A stretch of DNA of 57,829 nt. Source: an uncultured Flavobacteriaceae bacterium. GTDB lineage: Bacteria; Bacteroidota; Bacteroidia; Flavobacteriales; Flavobacteriaceae. The position numbers and the translations under genes were made by a program. The stretch lies in assembly GCA_905478905.1 (NCBI GenBank), contig CAJQKN010000123.1, positions 1 through 57,829 of the forward strand, given 5' to 3'. Positions 56,160-57,829 of this stretch are shown here, piece after piece (position 1 is the first letter of the stretch; each line of letters opens with the position of its first letter). The notes beneath the pieces were generated by a model. The model saw only the letters and a program-made list of their open reading frames with translations, made no database searches and had not been told where the DNA came from.

Positions 56160-56864
56160 ATGAAATACAATCGTATACTATTAAAACTAAGCGGTGAAGC
56201 TTTAATGGGATCTAAATCCTATGGGATTGATCCAAAGCGCATTAAAGAATATGCGGAAGAAATTAAATTACTTCATTCCAAAGGAGTAGAAATTGCGATT
56301 GTTATTGGAGGGGGAAATATTTTTCGCGGAATGGCTGGCTCGAACGACGGTGTTGACCGTGTTCAAGCCGATTATATGGGTATGTTGGCTACCGTAATGA
56401 ATGGCCTTGCCCTACAAAGCGCCCTTGAAAATGTTGACGTGCCAACGCGTTTACAAACAGCCCTAAAAATTGAAGCCATTGCTGAACCATATATCAAAAG
56501 GAAAGCAATGCGTCATCTTGAAAAAAAGCGTATTGTTATCTTCAGTGCAGGTACAGGAAATCCATTTTTCACCACCGACTCTGCCGCTGTTCTCCGTGCC
56601 ATAGAAATTGATGCAGACGTCATTTTAAAGGGAACACGTGTGGATGGCATCTACACAGAAGACCCTGAAAAAAACAAAGAAGCCATTAAATTTGATACAC
56701 TCTCTTTCGAAGAGGTATTAAAACGAGGATTAAAAGTAATGGACACCACAGCTTTTACCCTTAGTCAAGAAAACAAACTCCCCATCATTGTATTTGATAT
56801 GAACACCAAAGGCAATTTAAGCAAGGTTGTCAATGGAGAAAATATCGGTACGCATGTAAACTAA
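56160..56864 (+). CDS. pyrH: UMP kinase
   Basis: [27 protein letters not shown]. Confidence 0.97.
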   Translation: MKYNRILLKLSGEALMGSKSYGIDPKRIKEYAEEIKLLHSKGVEIAIVIGGGNIFRGMAGSNDGVDRVQADYMGMLATVMNGLALQSALENVDVPTRLQTALKIEAIAEPYIKRKAMRHLEKKRIVIFSAGTGNPFFTTDSAAVLRAIEIDADVILKGTRVDGIYTEDPEKNKEAIKFDTLSFEEVLKRGLKVMDTTAFTLSQENKLPIIVFDMNTKGNLSKVVNGENIGTHVN

Positions 56865-56875
56865 ATAGCTGAACA

Positions 56876-57430
56876 ATGAACGAAGAATTACAATTTATTT
56901 TAGACAGCACCGAAGAAAGTATGAGAAGTGCTCTTGCACATTTAGAGAGCGAATTGTTGAATATACGTGCAGGAAAAGCCAACCCAGTAATGTTAAAAAG
57001 TGTTATGGTTGATTATTACGGCACCCAAACTCCCCTAAGTCAAGTTGCCAATATCAATACCCCTGATGGTAGAACATTAACCATTCAACCCTGGGAAAAA
57101 GCCATGCTATCAGAAATTGAAAAAGGAATCATGATCGCCAACATTGGTTTTAATCCAATGAACAATGGAGAAAGTATCATTATCAATGTCCCTCCTTTAA
57201 CCGAAGAGCGACGAAAAGAACTGGCTAAAATGGCAAAAGCTGAAGCTGAAAATGCCAAGGTTAGTGTACGAACTGCGCGCAAAGATGCCAATCAAGAAAT
57301 AAAGAAAAGTGAGAGTTCGGAAGACGAACAAAAAAACTGTGAAATTGACGTACAATCTTCAACCGATAACTACATCCAAAAAATTGATGACATACTCGCC
57401 GCCAAGGAGAAAGAAATCATGACCGTATAA
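56876..57430 (+). CDS. frr: Ribosome recycling factor
   Basis: IRAGKA, YYG...PL, PPLTEERRKEL, KEKEIM. Confidence 0.97.
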   Translation: MNEELQFILDSTEESMRSALAHLESELLNIRAGKANPVMLKSVMVDYYGTQTPLSQVANINTPDGRTLTIQPWEKAMLSEIEKGIMIANIGFNPMNNGESIIINVPPLTEERRKELAKMAKAEAENAKVSVRTARKDANQEIKKSESSEDEQKNCEIDVQSSTDNYIQKIDDILAAKEKEIMTV

Positions 57431-57454
57431 AATTTTTGAAGGGCAACCCACACA

Positions 57455-57829
57455 ATGAAAAAAAAAAATAACTGGAGTTTTTGGGAAGGGGTCGCTCGTC
57501 TAATTTTACGCAATCGATTTCCGTTAATCATCATATTGATTGGGATAACTCTTTTTTGGATATCTCAATGGCAACATATGCGCTTTACCTTTACTGAAGC
57601 CAACTTATTGCCCGACAATCACCCTCAAAACATACAGTATAACGACTTTCTTTCATTGTTTGGTGAAGAAGGGAGTGTTTTACTTATCGCAACAAAAGAT
57701 CCAGCTCTATTTTCAACAGAAAAATTAACGGCATGGAAGGCATTGAGCGAACAACTCAACGCCTTCGATGAAATAGACGTAGTTCTTTCGATAGACAATG
57801 TCAAAGAGTTAGTAAAAAACAAGCAAAAA
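57455..57829 (+). CDS. MMPL/RND-family membrane protein, N-terminal part (runs off the right edge)
   Basis: Manual translation MKKKNNWSFWEGVARLILRNR...FTFTEANLLPDNHP...FGEEG. Confidence 0.78.
   Translation, partial: MKKKNNWSFWEGVARLILRNRFPLIIILIGITLFWISQWQHMRFTFTEANLLPDNHPQNIQYNDFLSLFGEEGSVLLIATKDPALFSTEKLTAWKALSEQLNAFDEIDVVLSIDNVKELVKNKQK

Overview
Gene-dense chromosomal segment of a Bacteroidota bacterium, most likely a compact-genome Flavobacteriaceae. This is inferred from the gene families, TAnnTTTG -7 promoter boxes, absence of Shine-Dalgarno motifs and many overlapping genes. Most of the window is housekeeping: ald, tatA, tRNA-Gly, mevalonate genes, Fe-S carrier genes, trmB, a phoBR-like pair, tyrS, pyrC, leuS, ftsX, uppP, truB, pyrH and frr. 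The main feature is an accessory locus at about 16.5-30 kb. It begins with an arsenosugar-biosynthesis-type operon (AhpD-like protein, radical SAM ArsS, TIGR04282 transferase, purine nucleoside phosphorylase, ArsM, DUF547, TIGR04283 GT2). A short antisense block with a GH113 hydrolase follows, then a second operon (FAD oxidoreductase, membrane polyferredoxin, polyprenol-P-sugar-synthase-like GT2, CslA-like processive GT2, GT-C transferase). Together these suggest a route from dimethylarsinoyl-adenosine to an activated arsenoribose and possibly onto a cell-envelope glycoconjugate; the later steps are inference. Other notable items: a pseudouridine synthase with degenerate catalytic motifs, an internally deleted nitrilase relic, a sensor-less LytS/LytTR pair whose start is buried in a hairpin, a mosaic DUF285 surface lipoprotein missed by the ORF track, and apparently leaderless genes. 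No CRISPR array, rRNA or transposase was seen. Family assignments come from motif recognition, not database searches.
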